The translations under genes and the position numbers were made by a program. Positions 18,301-38,200 of a stretch of DNA of 64,000 nucleotides are shown piece after piece (positions within the stretch are counted from its first letter, which is position 1; each line of letters starts with the position of its first letter). Below the pieces are notes generated by a model. It had not been told where the DNA came from. It did no database searches and worked only from the letters and a program-made list of their open reading frames with translations. The stretch is from Yuukianura sp. NJ FZ-2021 (taxonomy: Eukaryota), in NCBI GenBank assembly GCA_046563655.1, contig CM102283.1:6944001-7008000 (forward strand), given 5' to 3'.

Positions 18301-21300
18301 GAAACAGGAAGCTTTGAATCAAACGACATCACTACAATCTGAACTGAGTAAAACAAAAACTGAACTTGAGAGTCGTGAAAGCAGAGTTGCGCAATTAAAC
18401 GAATCAAATAAGACGTTGTTGGCCCATGTCGAGAAATTCAAGCGTGACATTGGAACTATGAAATCCCATTACGAAGCTATCCAAGATGACTTCGTTTTGA
18501 AAAATGCGAACCTCATAGCAGAAAAGGAGAGACTCCTGTCGTAAGTTTTTGTAAAAATTTAAAAACCAATTCAAAATTTTCAAACCCCAATGACACTTCT
18601 TTGATTTTTTGAAGGTCATTGAGTAATGTTCGGAAAGACACGGATACGCTTGAGAACGAATTGAAAACTCTCCGAGAAACATTCAACAACCGACAGGACA
18701 ATTGGATCAAGGAGAAACTTTCACTTCAAGTACCGTCCACATTTCAGCAAACAAAACACATTTTTTTTAAAATTACGTTTTCTAAATTTTTGCTAATTTT
18801 TTGACAGGATCGCTTGACAGAGTTGCAATCAAAAAGTGGAAACCACATTCCAGGAGGAGGGGAGAATCCGCAGCTCAAGAAGCTCGTCAGGGACCAAACG
18901 GTGGAGCTGGAAACCAAGCGTCGAGAAGTTGAAGGCTACAAAGATCAAGTCGTGTTTATGCAGAGAGAGGTAAAGAATAACAAAATTTCTTCAAAATTTC
19001 AGGATTTTGAAATTCAAAATTTTCATTTTCAGAATGACGAGCTAAGAAAACAACTGGAGGACTTTGAAAAACTTTCCCAAGTACAAATTCGTAGTATTTC
19101 CAATGAGCCCAGTGTCAAATCTGACAAGGAGATTAAAGCTGTCAGAGAAAGGTGAGCAAATGAAGAACAAACATAATAAAATAAGTTAATTTAATTATTA
19201 TGTTAATTAATTAATTTACGACAGACTCCAATCTGAAGACAAATTACACAAGAATGAAATTGCTCAAATGAAGATGCGGCATGACCAAGAGCTGGCAGCT
19301 AAATCCGAAGAAATTTCGTCAATCCAGAATCAACTGAGTCGTGCCAAGAGAGAGCGAGACACTTTTAGACAAATGGTGGACTCTGCTCAACGCGCAATCG
19401 CTGAACTAAAGTCACAGGATAGCTATCACCGTAAGGAATCTATTAGTGGTTTGGAAGAAGCTGCTGAAGGAGCTCGAGCCGCAGTAAATGCATTGCAAGA
19501 TCGCGTCCAATCGCTAGAAGATGAACTGTCGGAGTCCAGAAGAGAAACTGCAAGATGCAAAACAGAACTTGCTACAGAAAATTCAACATGGGAGATGAAA
19601 CTAGGTCAAATGCAGCAAAAAATTAACGAGGTAAAATTCAAAAACGTCGAAAAATTCAAAATCTCGAGAATAAATTGCTGAAAAAAAACAAAAACTAAAC
19701 TGGTTGGTTTCCAAATATTTCCAGTTGGAAGAGGATCGTCTTCTGGGCAGTGGACGCTCACGCGCAGTGGGGCAAAAGACAAGACTGGAATTGGCGTGGC
19801 AAAAAGAACGTGAAGAACAGCAACGCCGCTTGAAAGAAGCAACAACACTTGCCCGTGACCTGAAAACAACACTACAAGAAGTTAGAATTCAAAAATAGTT
19901 TTAACTTTAGTATAATCTTTGACCTTACACTGACATTTGTTGACCTTTGACCTTACACTTTCAATTTCCAGATTGAACGTGAACGTGACCGAGAGAAAAT
20001 CGAAAGTCGACGTCGTCTAGAGCAATTAAAATCAGCTCTTGACGAAGAACAGGAAGAGCTGCGTCGGAAAGTCAGCGAATCACATTCAGATTTGCTCGAA
20101 CTGCGTGACGCTCATGCAAAACTTCGAACAGCCAATGAAAAACTTCGGCGGGATCGTGAAAAATTGGAAAAAGAGCGCGAAACCCAGTTGAAAAAAGAGT
20201 TGGAACAACGGCGGCTGGCACACGACCGTGAAAAAATGCTGGAAGACCTGATGAAGCGTCTTGGCACTACAGCTAGCCGTGAAAATATTCACTTACTGCT
20301 TAAAGAAGTTGCTCCAGAAGGATCTGGCCAACTGATGCGCGACGCACGTAGAGGTGCGTTTCGTCGCGTAGCTTCGGCTGACGGATCTGACTCAAGTTCC
20401 TCCAAACCAGACTCGTCCATATCCATTTCCAGCACGGCTTATGGAAAAGAGCACTACGGCGTGGCTGGAGGTGTTGGACGAACTGCGATGAAATATGCTG
20501 GCGGAGCTTCTTCGACGTTGACCTTGCCGAGAGGTCAACGTTCTACTGACGACACTGAAAACTCCAACAAATTAAACGTACCGCAAGGAAGTCTCTATCG
20601 CAAGAGCGTTTCGCTTGAACAAACGGTTTCGATGCCTGACGAACAGGTATTTCGTTTGAACAATTTTTCGAAAAAGCGAAATTTTTTGAAAAATTTGAAA
20701 AGCTGTAATTGAATTGAAATGAACAGAGAATTTGGAAAGGCGAATCCGAAACTGGGAGTGGTTCCAGTCTCAAATCGTTGACCTCGATGGATTCCAGAGG
20801 ATCTAGCGTTGACAGGTTAGCAGTCAATATACGCTCAGTTTAAAAGCTTTGTTTTCAAAATTTGATTTTTTTTAGATTTTCAACAATTTCTAGCAAAAGC
20901 GAGAAACCAAAAAGCAAAAGTCTTGTGAGCAAGATGAAGAAGTTGGTTAAGTCCAAAAGTATCGAAGAATCTCAAACAGCACAAGCCGTAGTGAGGATGG
21001 GCGTCCAAGTGAGAACCCTTACCTCAAAAACTAAAATTTCAAACAATTTTTAAAAATAAATAGTGAAATTGTGAAAATTAAAATGCTTTTGAACGATTGC
21101 AGGCAGCAGGAGTCGGTGCAAGTGAACCTACACCAGTGACGGCAAGTACTAAAACCGATTCAGCTTCTTCCCTGACCTCGGAACCTGAAAAAGACACAGG
21201 AAAAGTCAAATTGAAGGACAAAGTCAAGGGCATGTTCAGACGGAGTTCAAGGTCACCGAGGTAAGATTTGAAAACATAATACTACATAGTTACTGACCTT

Positions 21301-21543
21301 TCCTTTGTGAAGTGGAAATTTCTAAAAACGTTGTTTTTCAGCGCGGAAAGAACACGATCTGCAGGACTGCCTCCAGAACCACCGACGAGACCTAGCAGAG
21401 AATCCACTCCGAAAAAAGATGCTGCGGCTCCATCTCTGCAGCGCCCTCTGATTGCAGCAGAAGGTGGATCCATGCAGAGACCGCTACAACCACAACCTCA
21501 AGCATCCCCCACTGGCCCACCACCCCAAAGACGTTTGAAGTGA
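15332..21543 (+). CDS. SOGA/MTCL-family long coiled-coil protein (Drosophila CG18304-like), multi-exon
   Basis: N-terminal CPLGFHPQVRWPTRCKRCFREYKEH across the first intron. SOGA-type motifs SCRVLQFKLRKSE, DLREQLKFAEEE, ELKLQLELNEQE and LELAWQKEREEQ. About 20 short GT-AG introns; not all internal exon boundaries were resolved. Confidence 0.8.
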
Positions 21544-21820
21544 CAGTGATATTTTGAGATCGATTGATATATTATTGTAAGGCTGGACAGATAGTAATGA
21601 ATAAAACAATACAACTTATTGTAATTAATCCTAGTCGAAACTGGAACGTTATATCTTGTGCTCGTCATTTGGAGTTGAGAGTGGATACTACACCCATACT
21701 ACTACAGCGTTGATTACTTACAGCATACAACAATCGTGGTAACATGATCGACGATTGGAACGATGAGGTTGGCTCGGTCTCCTGGCAGTAGTTAGTGTGT
21801 TGTCTTATGTAAGCGTCGTG

Positions 21821-22857
21821 TTAGTTCATGGACGCAGAAGTAGCAGTTGCAGTAGCTGTGGTGTTGCGTGGTTTACTCTGAATTGGCAAGTATAGCTTGA
21901 ATTCTGCTGGTAACTCGTCCTCCGCGTACAAACGATCAGAGAAGTACACTCGACGAACACGGCAATTGGCGTGAATTTGAACACGCAGTGTCTCCATGTA
22001 GTTCGATCCGTATGCCCTGCGGGTGAAGTCGCTCAAGTTGAACTGAATCTAAGAAAGCATTGCGGGAACTTTAATTGAGTTTTCAATTTACGTCAACAAT
22101 GTGCCAGTTACCTGGTTCCAGCCCTCATCCAGCCTCATAGGCATCGTGCAAATAAACGGCTTGACTCGAGTAGTTGATTGATAATTTGCTAAAATAAATT
22201 CAATATAAAGCAACTTCTAGAATTAAATGAGTAAATTGTAACCTACAGGCTCTGAATCTCCGCCTGACATTCTTGTCGTCGAGTACTTGCACTTCAAAGC
22301 TAAAGTACTTCTTCATATTTTTGACAATCATGACCAAGTAAGGGAGTTTAATTCCGAGAGTCTTGCGAGGATCCGCAGGGCATGATATGAAGGTGGTACT
22401 GATGTTAGTTCCAAGTATTTCCAGAACAAGCGACTGTATGTCGTTGTCCGTAATACGTTTGATGTGACCGTTCCGAACCTAAGGAAACAAACAAACGTCA
22501 ACCTAATTCAATTGTTATTAAAGACAACTACTTAAACCATAACTTTCGGATTCTCTCTCTCTCAATAACCACTGCCGAATGACATTTGCTAACAAGGTAA
22601 CAAGCAAACCGCAAAATAAGTCCACTCTGTAGTGGTAGGAACCACGAACCACTACCACTGCCGAGTGGGCTAAACTTAAGATTTTTTTTGGTATCTCCAC
22701 CAAGTTTAATTCGTTTCGCGAATTTTCTGCGTACCGCTAATAAGGAGTGACTAATTTCAGATTCTCTCACTACCTTCTTGTCCCAGATTTGCAACGGTTT
22801 ACTTCCAATACTGTACAGGATGGAAAGAAATCCACTTTGAAAAGTATTTTTAAACAT
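21821..22857 (-). CDS. CFAP20: Cilia- and flagella-associated protein 20 (Bug22)
   Basis: Exons 22857-22774, 22478-22247, 22188-22112 and 22048-21821 give [44 protein letters not shown]...[45 protein letters not shown]..., the highly conserved CFAP20 sequence. Confidence 0.97.
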
Positions 22858-24003
22858 TCCTGCAATACCACAAACATAATGCAGTTAGATACCGATATTA
22901 ATGCTGTCATAATTGCTTGACTTCATGTATGTATTAATGTAGTTAAGGACGCCCTTACTGAATGAACTGGGTAAACACGGAGCCTTTACACTAGTGTCTG
23001 TCCAGCGCGGCCCTCCAAGTTGAACGTCTTTCTTTCACAGGTCAATCGCCTTAATCCATAAAAATAACAATGTTAAAGAATGAAAACCAAGCCCGCAAAT
23101 AGAATTACGTTACCACACCCTTTTCCAATGATGACTAATTCCACTATGGTCCTTCGCCTCCAACGATTAATTTGTTTAATCGATTAACGGTAACGAAATA
23201 GCGTTACAAATGGATACCCCCGGCTAAAAGTCACAACAAATCAGCTGAGATTCACATCACAAAATCAAAACAAACAAAGCGTGTCTTTGAAAAATTCATT
23301 TTCCAAATAAGAGGGAAACCAAAAATTCAAATTTCTTCTTTTTACTTGTATCACCCGTTCACTAGATAGCGGCAGCAGCAGATTGTCAGAAAGACGCCGA
23401 ACGCTGTGGAGAAAGTGACTTTCTCTGCATTCAAGCACAAACTTAAGGAAAGTGTTGAAAAAAAGAACATAAATTGTCGAAGCCTTAACTACGACTAGTT
23501 ATTTACATAATTTATTATACCATTTTAATTAATCTACAGGATTTAATGACAAAGCAAGTTAATTATGCTACATGAGTATGCAAGGTGTGTCATTAAAAAT
23601 GAATTGACAAGTGACATGTCAGATCCAATTACTAACTGGATTTGTGAACATGTCCATATTAATTTCTGTGTAAAGGAGTGTCATGTCAAGTGTTGACCAA
23701 ATGGAGAGTTTAAAACCAGTTTTATAATTAAGAGTAAATAAATAAGGCAAGATTAATTGGATTGTTCTTTCTGACACTTGCCCTTAAGCCACTAACTTTC
23801 TTCACTTTAACTTTGTTAAGTAGACTTCCAGAAGTTAAAGTGGGGCCAAAAGATTAAAAGAGTGAAGGAAATTGAAGTGACTTGTGCTCTGGAATTCTAA
23901 TCATTGTGGAGGAGGCTGGAATCTGGAGATGATCTAGAAAGATGAGGAAGAGGTTGTGTTGGGATGGGTCCCCTGTGTAATCAAATGGAAGTTTTGGTGA
24001 TGA

Positions 24004-24026
24004 AGATGATGATGATGATGATGATG
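24004..24026. repeat. (GAT)n microsatellite
   Basis: About 7 perfect GAT units. Confidence 0.85.
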
Positions 24027-25851
24027 GGGGATGCTGGAAGAAGAAGGAAGATGAAGAGATGATTATGATGAGATCAAATTATGGACCCACTCCAAGTTTC
24101 TTCTAACTTCGGAATCATGATGAGGTTTTAGGCTGCCTTAATTGGAACTTACCAACACTTCTGTAATTGGAACTTCACAAAACTTCCCGCCCCCTCCGAA
24201 AAAAAAACTGTCCAGGAAGAGCCTCCAAGGGCGTATTACCAAAACAACTCCACTTCAACTTAAGTCTACCAACTGATCCAGTTTGTCCAGGCACCCTCCA
24301 GCATCTAAACTCAAATTCAAAGCTCAATTTTTGCATTAAGCATCACCGTTTTTGGCACAAATTGGACAAAAAAGCTTCCAGCCAATTCAAAACTTTTACC
24401 TAAACTTGAATCTCTGCCAAAAGCATTTCCGTGGCGTAGCTTTTGGCGTACCATTCATTTCTAAAATTGCATTCAAAATAAAACTGCTGAAAAGCGTCTA
24501 AGAATGAATCTATCAACAATTTTTTGCCAATTTCAACTAAAAATGACACTGATGTTTTCGTGTAATGTTCTCTTTGAAAGCATTTTTTCATAAAATTTTC
24601 ATCATGTTAGGATAATTTTGGAACTTTAAGTACTATTTTTTCAAAATGGTTGAAAATTAAAATCAAAATGATTTACTTTTCTAAAGCGTTTCATCTAAAA
24701 GCTGATTTTTTTCTACACGCCGCTCCCGAAGCTAAATTTCGAACATGAGTAGTAAAATAGAATACTAAATCGGGAATGGCAGACGGTTTCAAATTACAAA
24801 ATTTTTGAATAAGCGCTTTTTGAAAAACTAAAATTTGAATTACAATACAATGGTCCAAAATGTCAGAATAGAATTTTTGAAAACCTCTCATTCAAAATCT
24901 GGCATTGACTGAAAATTTTAAAAACGTGTAGCTAAAAATGTTACAGCAGACTGCTACTAGCAGTCATTCTGATTTTTTTTTGTGGTTGAACTTTTTCAAA
25001 AAATATTTTTTTGAAATGACTTGTTTCAAGTACCCCGGTGACTTAAGGCCCCCTTGACTCTCCTTTGGGGAGAAGGTGGTAATGAAGGGCTGATTGGGAA
25101 GAGGTGTGAATGAGTCTATTAGGCCCCTAAAAATCCCGTTTTCCATTTGACAGTCACTGGAGGGAGAGGGCTGGGTTCGGCTTGGTCCACCAAGCTCCGC
25201 CCCTCGGCCAAACTCCCTCCGCCCCCTCCGGCCGAACTCAGTCGTCAGTCGTAAGTCGTTTGGACTTGAAGTTAACATAGGTTCCACGAACACATTCAGC
25301 TAGGCACCAATTCCCCAAGTCAACTTATTCTCCACTCCTTCGGTCGATCTTGGGTTGGACGGACGTTTAGTGTTGATCCTTAAGCTTACAGATCAACTAC
25401 TCAAAATTCTCATTAACTAAAGTGACGGACTCATTAACACTCACCTGACGCTCCAAAGTAACATAGTCAACTTGTCTCTGGCGAAGGCTTGGCCCAACCC
25501 CCTCTTCTTCAGCCGGTTATTCTTCTTACATAAGTTTAATTAACAAAAAGCGTAATTGAATTCTGGACAAAACAGTTTGAGCTGTCAAACTTGTTGGCTT
25601 GTCGGCAGTGACTGACAGTGGATGTGTTTTGTGAAAAGTTTTTTTTGAGAAAACGACTTGTGAATTTGAATTCTCGCGGCATGTCAATTGTTAAGTGGAT
25701 GGTCGTTAAAATCAGACAGTCATCTCATCAGTGATGGTTCGACCATGACTTCTGTTCAGCAGGGCGAAGATTGAAAGTGAAGTTTTGAACAAGCTGAATT
25801 CAAAATTCAAATTTTTGAAAATTTCAAATTTGTTTGAAATTTTAAAAAGTT

Positions 25852-30608
<4,757 letters not shown>

Positions 30609-33600
30609 ATTGGAGAATCTTTGGAAAAAGAAGTTTCAAAATTTTGAAAAATTTCAAATTGGGAAAAACAGCCGGGAGGAGGACAAGGTCAATGGAATCG
30701 AACTACAAATCTCAAAAACTACCGAAAACCTAAAAGTATTAAAAATTTTGCTTTACTTTTACTTATTGGACTTAAATGTAACAATCGGATTTTTTAAAAA
30801 CATTTTTTTAAGTTTTTTTTTCAAATTTTGAAATAACTTGAATTTGATTTTTGAGACAATGCAGTTTACTTCGTTTGATTATTTTTGAACTTCCCTCTTC
30901 GTGCCAAAACGAGCTTGACCATTACTCAACAGAGTCATACAGTTTCAAAATTTTGTTTTTGGAAAAGTTTTGAATTTTGATCAGCTACGGTATTACCAAT
31001 CGTCAATTAAAATTTATGTCTGAAGTTAGTTTAACTTTCGTGTACACAATAGACATGTGCCAAAACAAATGTCGTAGAGAATGCCCGGGAAAATTTGAAT
31101 TTGACCCGTCAAGGTCAATACACCACGTTTAGCACAAAATGTTTAAATCTAAAGAATTGATTTTAAGTATTACTCACACACTTAACTGTCTCAGATAATC
31201 GTGATTTTATTCTGCAATTCTCTTATGGCCAACAATAATTGTAAATTATTATAATTTAGAAAGACCAAAAGGAGATTGAGTAAAAACGAAAATATTAATT
31301 TCAAAATTTTCAGCAACTTTCAAACTGCAAATTTAATTGAAAAACACGAGAGGTCAAAGGTGGCTTTGTTGAAAAATTTCCTGAGTTCCTCGTTCAGTTT
31401 GGATTGAATTTTTGGAAGATGATGTGGGTTAGAATTCCTGTGAAGATGGGAGGAGGCGATTGAGCAGTTGACATGATTATTCCCATGGGAGAAAAGAACA
31501 TAAAAACAATTGTTAATCCTTGGTTTATGGATACAATTGGAGGAGCCCTTAAGTCCACCTTCCATGCAGTACATGCGGAGGGCCCTTCGAAATTCAAGAT
31601 CATCTCCTAAGACAACACAGAGGCAAAGGAAGAAAAATCTTCCAGGAATTTGGGGAATTCTGGAATGCTCTAATGAGACACACCTTGGAAATTATGCACT
31701 CCTGCGCATCTTTCCTGGATCTCCATGGAGAATTCAGGTCATTTGATTGGACGTCTTCCCAGAAGAAACATTCAAAATTTTGATTTTCTCCAAAACTCAA
31801 GCTTTTCAGATTTTTTGAAAAAAAATCTTCGCGTAAAAATAAGTTTTCATCTCTGTTCTAAACTTTGAGTTTCTTGAAAATTTTCTTTGGATAATACAAA
31901 GAATGCACAATATACTTTTTTGTGGTTCCAAAAGTTATTCACTATGGAGGGGAAAACGTGGCGGTAAATTTTGAAATGGAGGAAGTGTAATGGCGCGAAT
32001 AATGTGAAATCGATTTGCTTTGTTTTGAACTTGTTTAGAATTTGGAGCCAATTACTTTGAAAGTGATTGACATAAGCTCATGAAGGTGTTTGTACAAGGT
32101 GTAATGTTATGTTCTCCATTGTTGTTCTTTTTTATTGTTCAAACGTTGTGAAATGTTAAGAGTTGTTTGAAGTGAAATTGAGATTGGTTATGGATTTGAA
32201 ATTCCCGCACTCCCTCGATATGTGTCCATAACGTTATATACGCATGTGTACCCTTAGTATATTTGTTTGTTCCCAGTGAAGACAATGGGGAATTAGGTTC
32301 TCAACCTCGTAAAAGGGCTCTCTCTAGTCCATAAATTACTTTTTAACTCGGGTGTCATAAATGGACTTTTGCTTTTAAATGAACCTCATTCCCCTCCATA
32401 CACCTAAAACACTCTCAACCTAACTTTTTAACCTAGCCTATTCATAACCTAAGTTGGTTTAGGCCTGACCAGGGGGGATCCTACTGGAGGTCACGAGGTC
32501 AACCATCAACACTTTTCTCCCTGTGAAATGGTAAATATTAATGAAGGATCTTCCTACTCCTCCCCTTGGTGTAAAGTGACTGTGAAGAATTTCAAAAAAC
32601 ATAATTTAGAAAATGGGAGGAGGTAAAAGATACATTTTAAAAATAAAATGTGTCCAATTCCATCTTGCGTGAAAAGGTTCAAAATTTATGTTTCTTGTTT
32701 TACTTTTTTCGTTTTTGAAAATCCATTCCAACATTTTCCTTTAAAATAAGCAGTCAATTTCACACCTTTGAGACTCATTTTTTAAAAGAACAGATTTTGA
32801 AAAGAGAGAAGGAAAAACTTTTCAATTTCGATTTAAAAAAATGTTTTTGAGTTTTGTTGAAAATGTTTATTGAAGCGCATTTCGTTCTTCCTCTCGCGAG
32901 TGATTTTTCTCAATTTTTCTGTTGATTAAACTTTTAAAACTTTTATTTTTTCCCATTTCCGTAAATCTCTTTTTCGAAACTTCCACTAGAGAAAAACCTT
33001 TTGATGGAATCCAATAAGTGTGCAAATATTTTACGAGCTTTTTTGGATCTTACTTTTGTATCTCCTAACACGTAAGAATATTTTTCCACAAGATGCCTTC
33101 GTATGTTTTTTTTTTCGAAAAGTACCAGGGTATTGTTTGATTTTATTTTGGAGAGACCTTTGGGACAAATCAGACCTTTCGGTTCTTTTAAATTGAGTTT
33201 CTATTTATGTGGAAAACTGCAAACAAGAAAAACGAAAAAGTAGTTTTGTTTGGAATAGAAAATGGAAATTTGGAAGAACCAGCGAGAAATGGAATTGGGA
33301 GGAGAAAAGTGCAAAAAAAAAAGTTTGGAAAAAAGGAAACGAAATAAATTCAAATCAAAAGTCTCCATTTTGAACTTAAAATGTTTTCGATTTTCCACTC
33401 CTACTTTTAGTTTTATTCAACTTGAATTTTTTGCACTTTCAAAAAAATTCCCGTTGAAAGAAGCTTTTAACACTTGACTTGATTTCTTTGCAAAACGAAA
33501 TTCCAGTTAACACACAAGTCAAATTGAAATTCAAAGACAACCTTTTTGTGCTTTCGAAGAGTAACATTTAACAGCTTACAAACCAAAAGATCGCCTCGAA

Positions 33601-35153
33601 AAAGCTAAGAATGAGGAAATTCAAGTTTTGTGAAAAATTTTTATAATAAAGTCACCGACGCAGAAGAATTTTAAAAAGGGAAGAATGAAAACAGCAACAT
33701 TTTTATTAATGTGTTATGCATTGTCGAAAAATTATTTAGTAAAGTTGAAAATTCTAGCAAATTTGGAATGCGCAACTTGGTCAAAATCTTTAACTGGTCG
33801 AATTGTTAGAACAATTTCGTTTTCTGAATCCTCTCTTTAAAAAATCCCCATTTTGGCGGAATCATGACTTGGGGGGCTAAGGGCCCTCTTCTCGTGGTTA
33901 CTACGAGCCTTGAGGGTTCTTTTCAAACAGTAATTAGACTGTTCTTCTGCCTACCTCTAGTTTAAAAAAGTTTTTGTTTAAAAACTCCGTGGGCATTGTG
34001 TTTGATCCCTATGATAATTGGAAAGAAACAATCTTCCCACTGGATCTTTTAGGCTTGTTCCGAAGGTAAATATAGAGAAGAGGGGGGCCCTTAGCCTCTC
34101 AAAATAAGGGGTCTCTGGAGATTCTTTTAATTTCTGATGCCCTTAACTTGTGTTTAGGCTTAAGGAGAGGGATGATCTAAGTACCTATTCATTACCCTCC
34201 AATTTCTTTCGTTTAAGTCTTTAAATGGCCTCATTCCAGAGATCAACTTCAATCCAAACCAACCAGGAGCAGCATCCAAGCCTAAGAGCCCCTTCAACAT
34301 CAAATGTCTGGTCGTAAACAGAATTAACTGCCACGGCCACGGTCATTTGCGTCCTTCCAAATTAACGTTTTCTAAGTTGGTGGCTAAAAAGACGTTTTTA
34401 ACCTTGACGGATGAAACTACCGGCAGAAACCTCCATTTCTGCCGGCCAGCAGCATTCCTCCCATGGAATTTTCCAAACGCAGCAACTTCCAAATCTTCTC
34501 CCACGCAAATTTAAATTCCAAATCTCTTCAGAATTTTAGAAAACCGAAATTCAAAAAATCAGCACCTCCAGAACTTTTTTCACAGATTTTCGCATGATTT
34601 GTCAAACAGTTTCTACCACTTCTGGCCATCGTCCAATTTCCGCCAGTGGCAGAAAGTCTAAAAAATTCGACTTCTCTGAAAACAAAGCTCTTAAAATGAC
34701 AAACGGACTGAACGGAATTGGATCATTACTTGTGCGTTTTTCAGCAGTTTAGCCTTTAACGAATCCTTTTATGACAAAAGCGACGATTCTTTCACTATAA
34801 TTTTGCCTAATTTGGCAATAATTGATTATTTCCACTTTACTTATTTAGGTAATTACAGTTTTAAGGGTCCCTTGGCCCTTAACTTCTTGGGGGATGGATG
34901 GATTGGAGGACCCTTGGAATAATTAGAGACGGTTTCATCCCCTTTGTTTTACCCCTATGTTTCTTTACATTTGTTACAATTAGACAGTACATTGGAAAAC
35001 ACAGGTAGAATGGTTAGTTAAAGTATGGAGGTTAACAAGATTTCAAACCTAACCGCTTCTTCCCGCTCCTTGTATTTTACTTTTTTATTCGTAACAATTA
35101 TTTTGATTACTCCTCTCATCCCGTAATTATAGCCCCATCAATAAAAGCACAGC

Positions 35154-35263
35154 TTAAGGAGGGGTATACTAGCCACTCTTTTCAAAAAAAAAGTTAAGGA
35201 GAGGCATACTAGCCACTCTTTTCAAAAAAAAGTTAAGGAGAGGTATACTAGCCACTTTTTTTT
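35154..35263. repeat. Tandem repeat, about 39-40 bp x 3
   Basis: TTAAGGAG(G/A)GG(T/C)ATACTAGCCACTCTTTTCAAAAAAAAG occurs three times (the last is truncated). Confidence 0.9.
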
Positions 35264-38200
35264 AAACTTCAACTCCTCGTTGTTCCTTTTCGTAATGTGG
35301 TAATTGACTCTACGTTCAACACACTTGTCCACCTCTTGTTCAAATTAGATGAATTGAATTTGGGATTCAACGTAGTATGCGTTGTTAACGAACTCAAGTT
35401 ATAAACTCGTTTTTCAAAAAAAAAGTTTAGAAAAAATTCATCAGCTTATTCTCTCAAATGGAATAATCAAGTTTCAACGGATCTCAGCAGGAAACCTCCA
35501 TTTGGTCAGACAAACTCACACTTTTTGTATTGTTGTAGATTTGAATGTATGCAGCGTTGTATACGTTGTACAATTTAAAAAAAAACTTGTTTCTTCAATA
35601 CTACAACAAAGCTCATTCCAGTAAACAAGAGTTTTATTACACTTTTAATTAACATTGAAAAGATGAGTTTTATTGAGCTTCATTCAACAATTTTCAAACC
35701 TCTTGTTTCTTAACTGCTCCTCCAACCAACCCTCTCTAAAAAGGAAATGGAATTTTGCTAAAACTTTTATGGTTTTGTATCTTGGCGCGCTTTTTCTTTT
35801 TAAACAATTTTGAAAACAATGTTCACTTAACCTTAACAATGTAGAAAGACCACCTTTTAACACACACCTTAATTATCCATATCCGTCTTTATAAGAAGTT
35901 AAGGACTCGATGAGAGTGACAAAAGTCTAAGGTGAATTCAATTTCAAAATTTCAAAATGTTAAGGACGGGTGGTCTTTGCACTTTAAAATTTTTACAACT
36001 TGAGTAATTTCGAGTTGCAGAATTGAATTACAAATGAACATATGTTATAGAAACACGTACATTATACATTTACGTGTACATCTTACACGTACATTTTTGC
36101 ATACATTTTGTTAGGTGTCAAATGTTACACCATAAAAACGATGTGTATAAAATGGATTTCTGTTTTACATATTTAAAACAGTTACAGACTGTAACTGTTG
36201 TAGCAGTTAAGTGGGCGAAAATCAAAATTTGAGAAATGGCGCCTATAAAACTAAAATTTGAAAAATGGTGCCTATAAATGAGTCTTTTTAGTTTCTGACA
36301 AGCTTGAAGAAGGTTTTGAAATTGACGCCTTAATTTTCTTTGGACCAGTGAGTCCTAGTGTGTAAGTTATCCATATTTATACTGTGCAAGAGATGAGTAA
36401 ATTTAAGTGTATTGTTGGTAAATGATCTTTCTGTGAAAAGTTACTCCCTCCCCCGGCGGGAGATCTCAGCATGAGCTGCTCAATTTCAGACATTTTGTAC
36501 ATACAAATTAGTCACCCTCTTCCTCTTAATCATCCCCCGTAAATTTAAAGAAACTTCAACCAATTTAATACTTACTTTAAGTACGGAAAGGAACATTTTT
36601 TAAACCAAGACATGAAAACTTGATTCTCAGATCTGCGCATGCTTATAGACCTGTACGCATGCGCAGCTTCACTTTAACTTAAGACATCTCAAGCACAACA
36701 TAATTCATTTACACCTTTGAAGTTTAGAAACAATGAACCCGTAATTACAAAATTTAATGCTCAAGGTTCAAGTCTTTATTTAAGGCTTGGATTCACAAAC
36801 GAGCGCCAATTTCAAAAATTTTGGCTCCCGGCGCCAATTTCAAAGTCAGCGCGCAGTAAATTCAAAAATGAATTACATAATTATAATTTTACTGTGATTA
36901 AGTCAGGGTAATTAACCCATGAAAAATTAGTTTTGAAAAAGTTATGACACGAGAAATTTGGAAATGATTAATATAATAACATTATTATAATTATATAAAT
37001 TAGTAATTAAGTGAACTATACACGGATGTAGATTAGTAATTAAGTTAGGGATGTGTAATTTGTCTTTGTGCTTTTACTCCACGTGCTGTCCTTGTTAGAC
37101 AGTTTCAACAATGGGAACTTTACGATTAACTAGTTAGACAATGGTTTCCGTTTTGAACGTTACCCCTGCTCTGTTCATTCCATTGTTGTTGAACCTAGTC
37201 ACGTGTGAGGGAATGTCAATAAATTCCAAATTCAAATTTAAAATCTCCCGGGTGAGGAAGATTGACAAGTAATGACCAAGGGGATGCATAGGGCAGATGT
37301 AATTGCATTGACTATGAATAATTGATGGAGAGTGTCAATTGCAACCTGTCAAGAGCCGGGTTTACATTGGATATGAGCGATAAATGCTAATGCTCTCACG
37401 CGCATGTCTCGGTATTAAGGCCTCGCAGGCCATTTGTCTTAGCTGGTAACGAGCCTTTGACACCATCGGGGTCATTGACCTTGTAAAACATCTTGAAACC
37501 TATGTTGAAGCATTGATTTTTAGACTAAAATTGGGAATAGTTTTGAAAAATTTAACATTTTGGAACAAATTTGACCAGAATTGTTAAGTTTTAGATTAGT
37601 TTTTTAAATTGTTCTTTTAGTTAGGTTGTAAAGGAGCCATAAAATAAATAGGAACAGACTTCTGCGCCTGTGCGATTGGAAGAAAACATGCTAACAAGGG
37701 TAGGGGGTGATTTGTGTGTAAAAACCTGTGTTAAAAACCTTGTTTGAATTTTCCCTCTCCCGGCCCAAAGTCTCCCCCCTCCTTACTTTATGCTTTTCCA
37801 TGCCAGCACGGATTCCCCGCCCCCAATTTTTTGAAAAGTATCCTGAGAATGATTGTGAAGGAAGATTGATTTATGTTGCGGCGTTTACATCCTCGCGGGA
37901 TTTTTAATTATGGCTGGAAGGGTGAATGGGAACAACAGATTTCTTATTATTCAGAGCCAACACGCCCCCTTCAGGCAACGCATCCAGGTGAGGTACCTAA
38001 TTATCCTTCTTACAACATTTTAAAACATAATATTAGTTTCAAAAACAACAAAAAATGAAAAATTCTGCAAAAAATTTTTTGATACTAAACCTAATAGATT
38101 TTGTAGTTGGGTTTTGTAACAAAATTTATTTTTTGACAACTTTGACGTCATTAGAAAGTTAAAAGATTTAGTTTATGTTTATAGTTTGAAATTTTCATCA

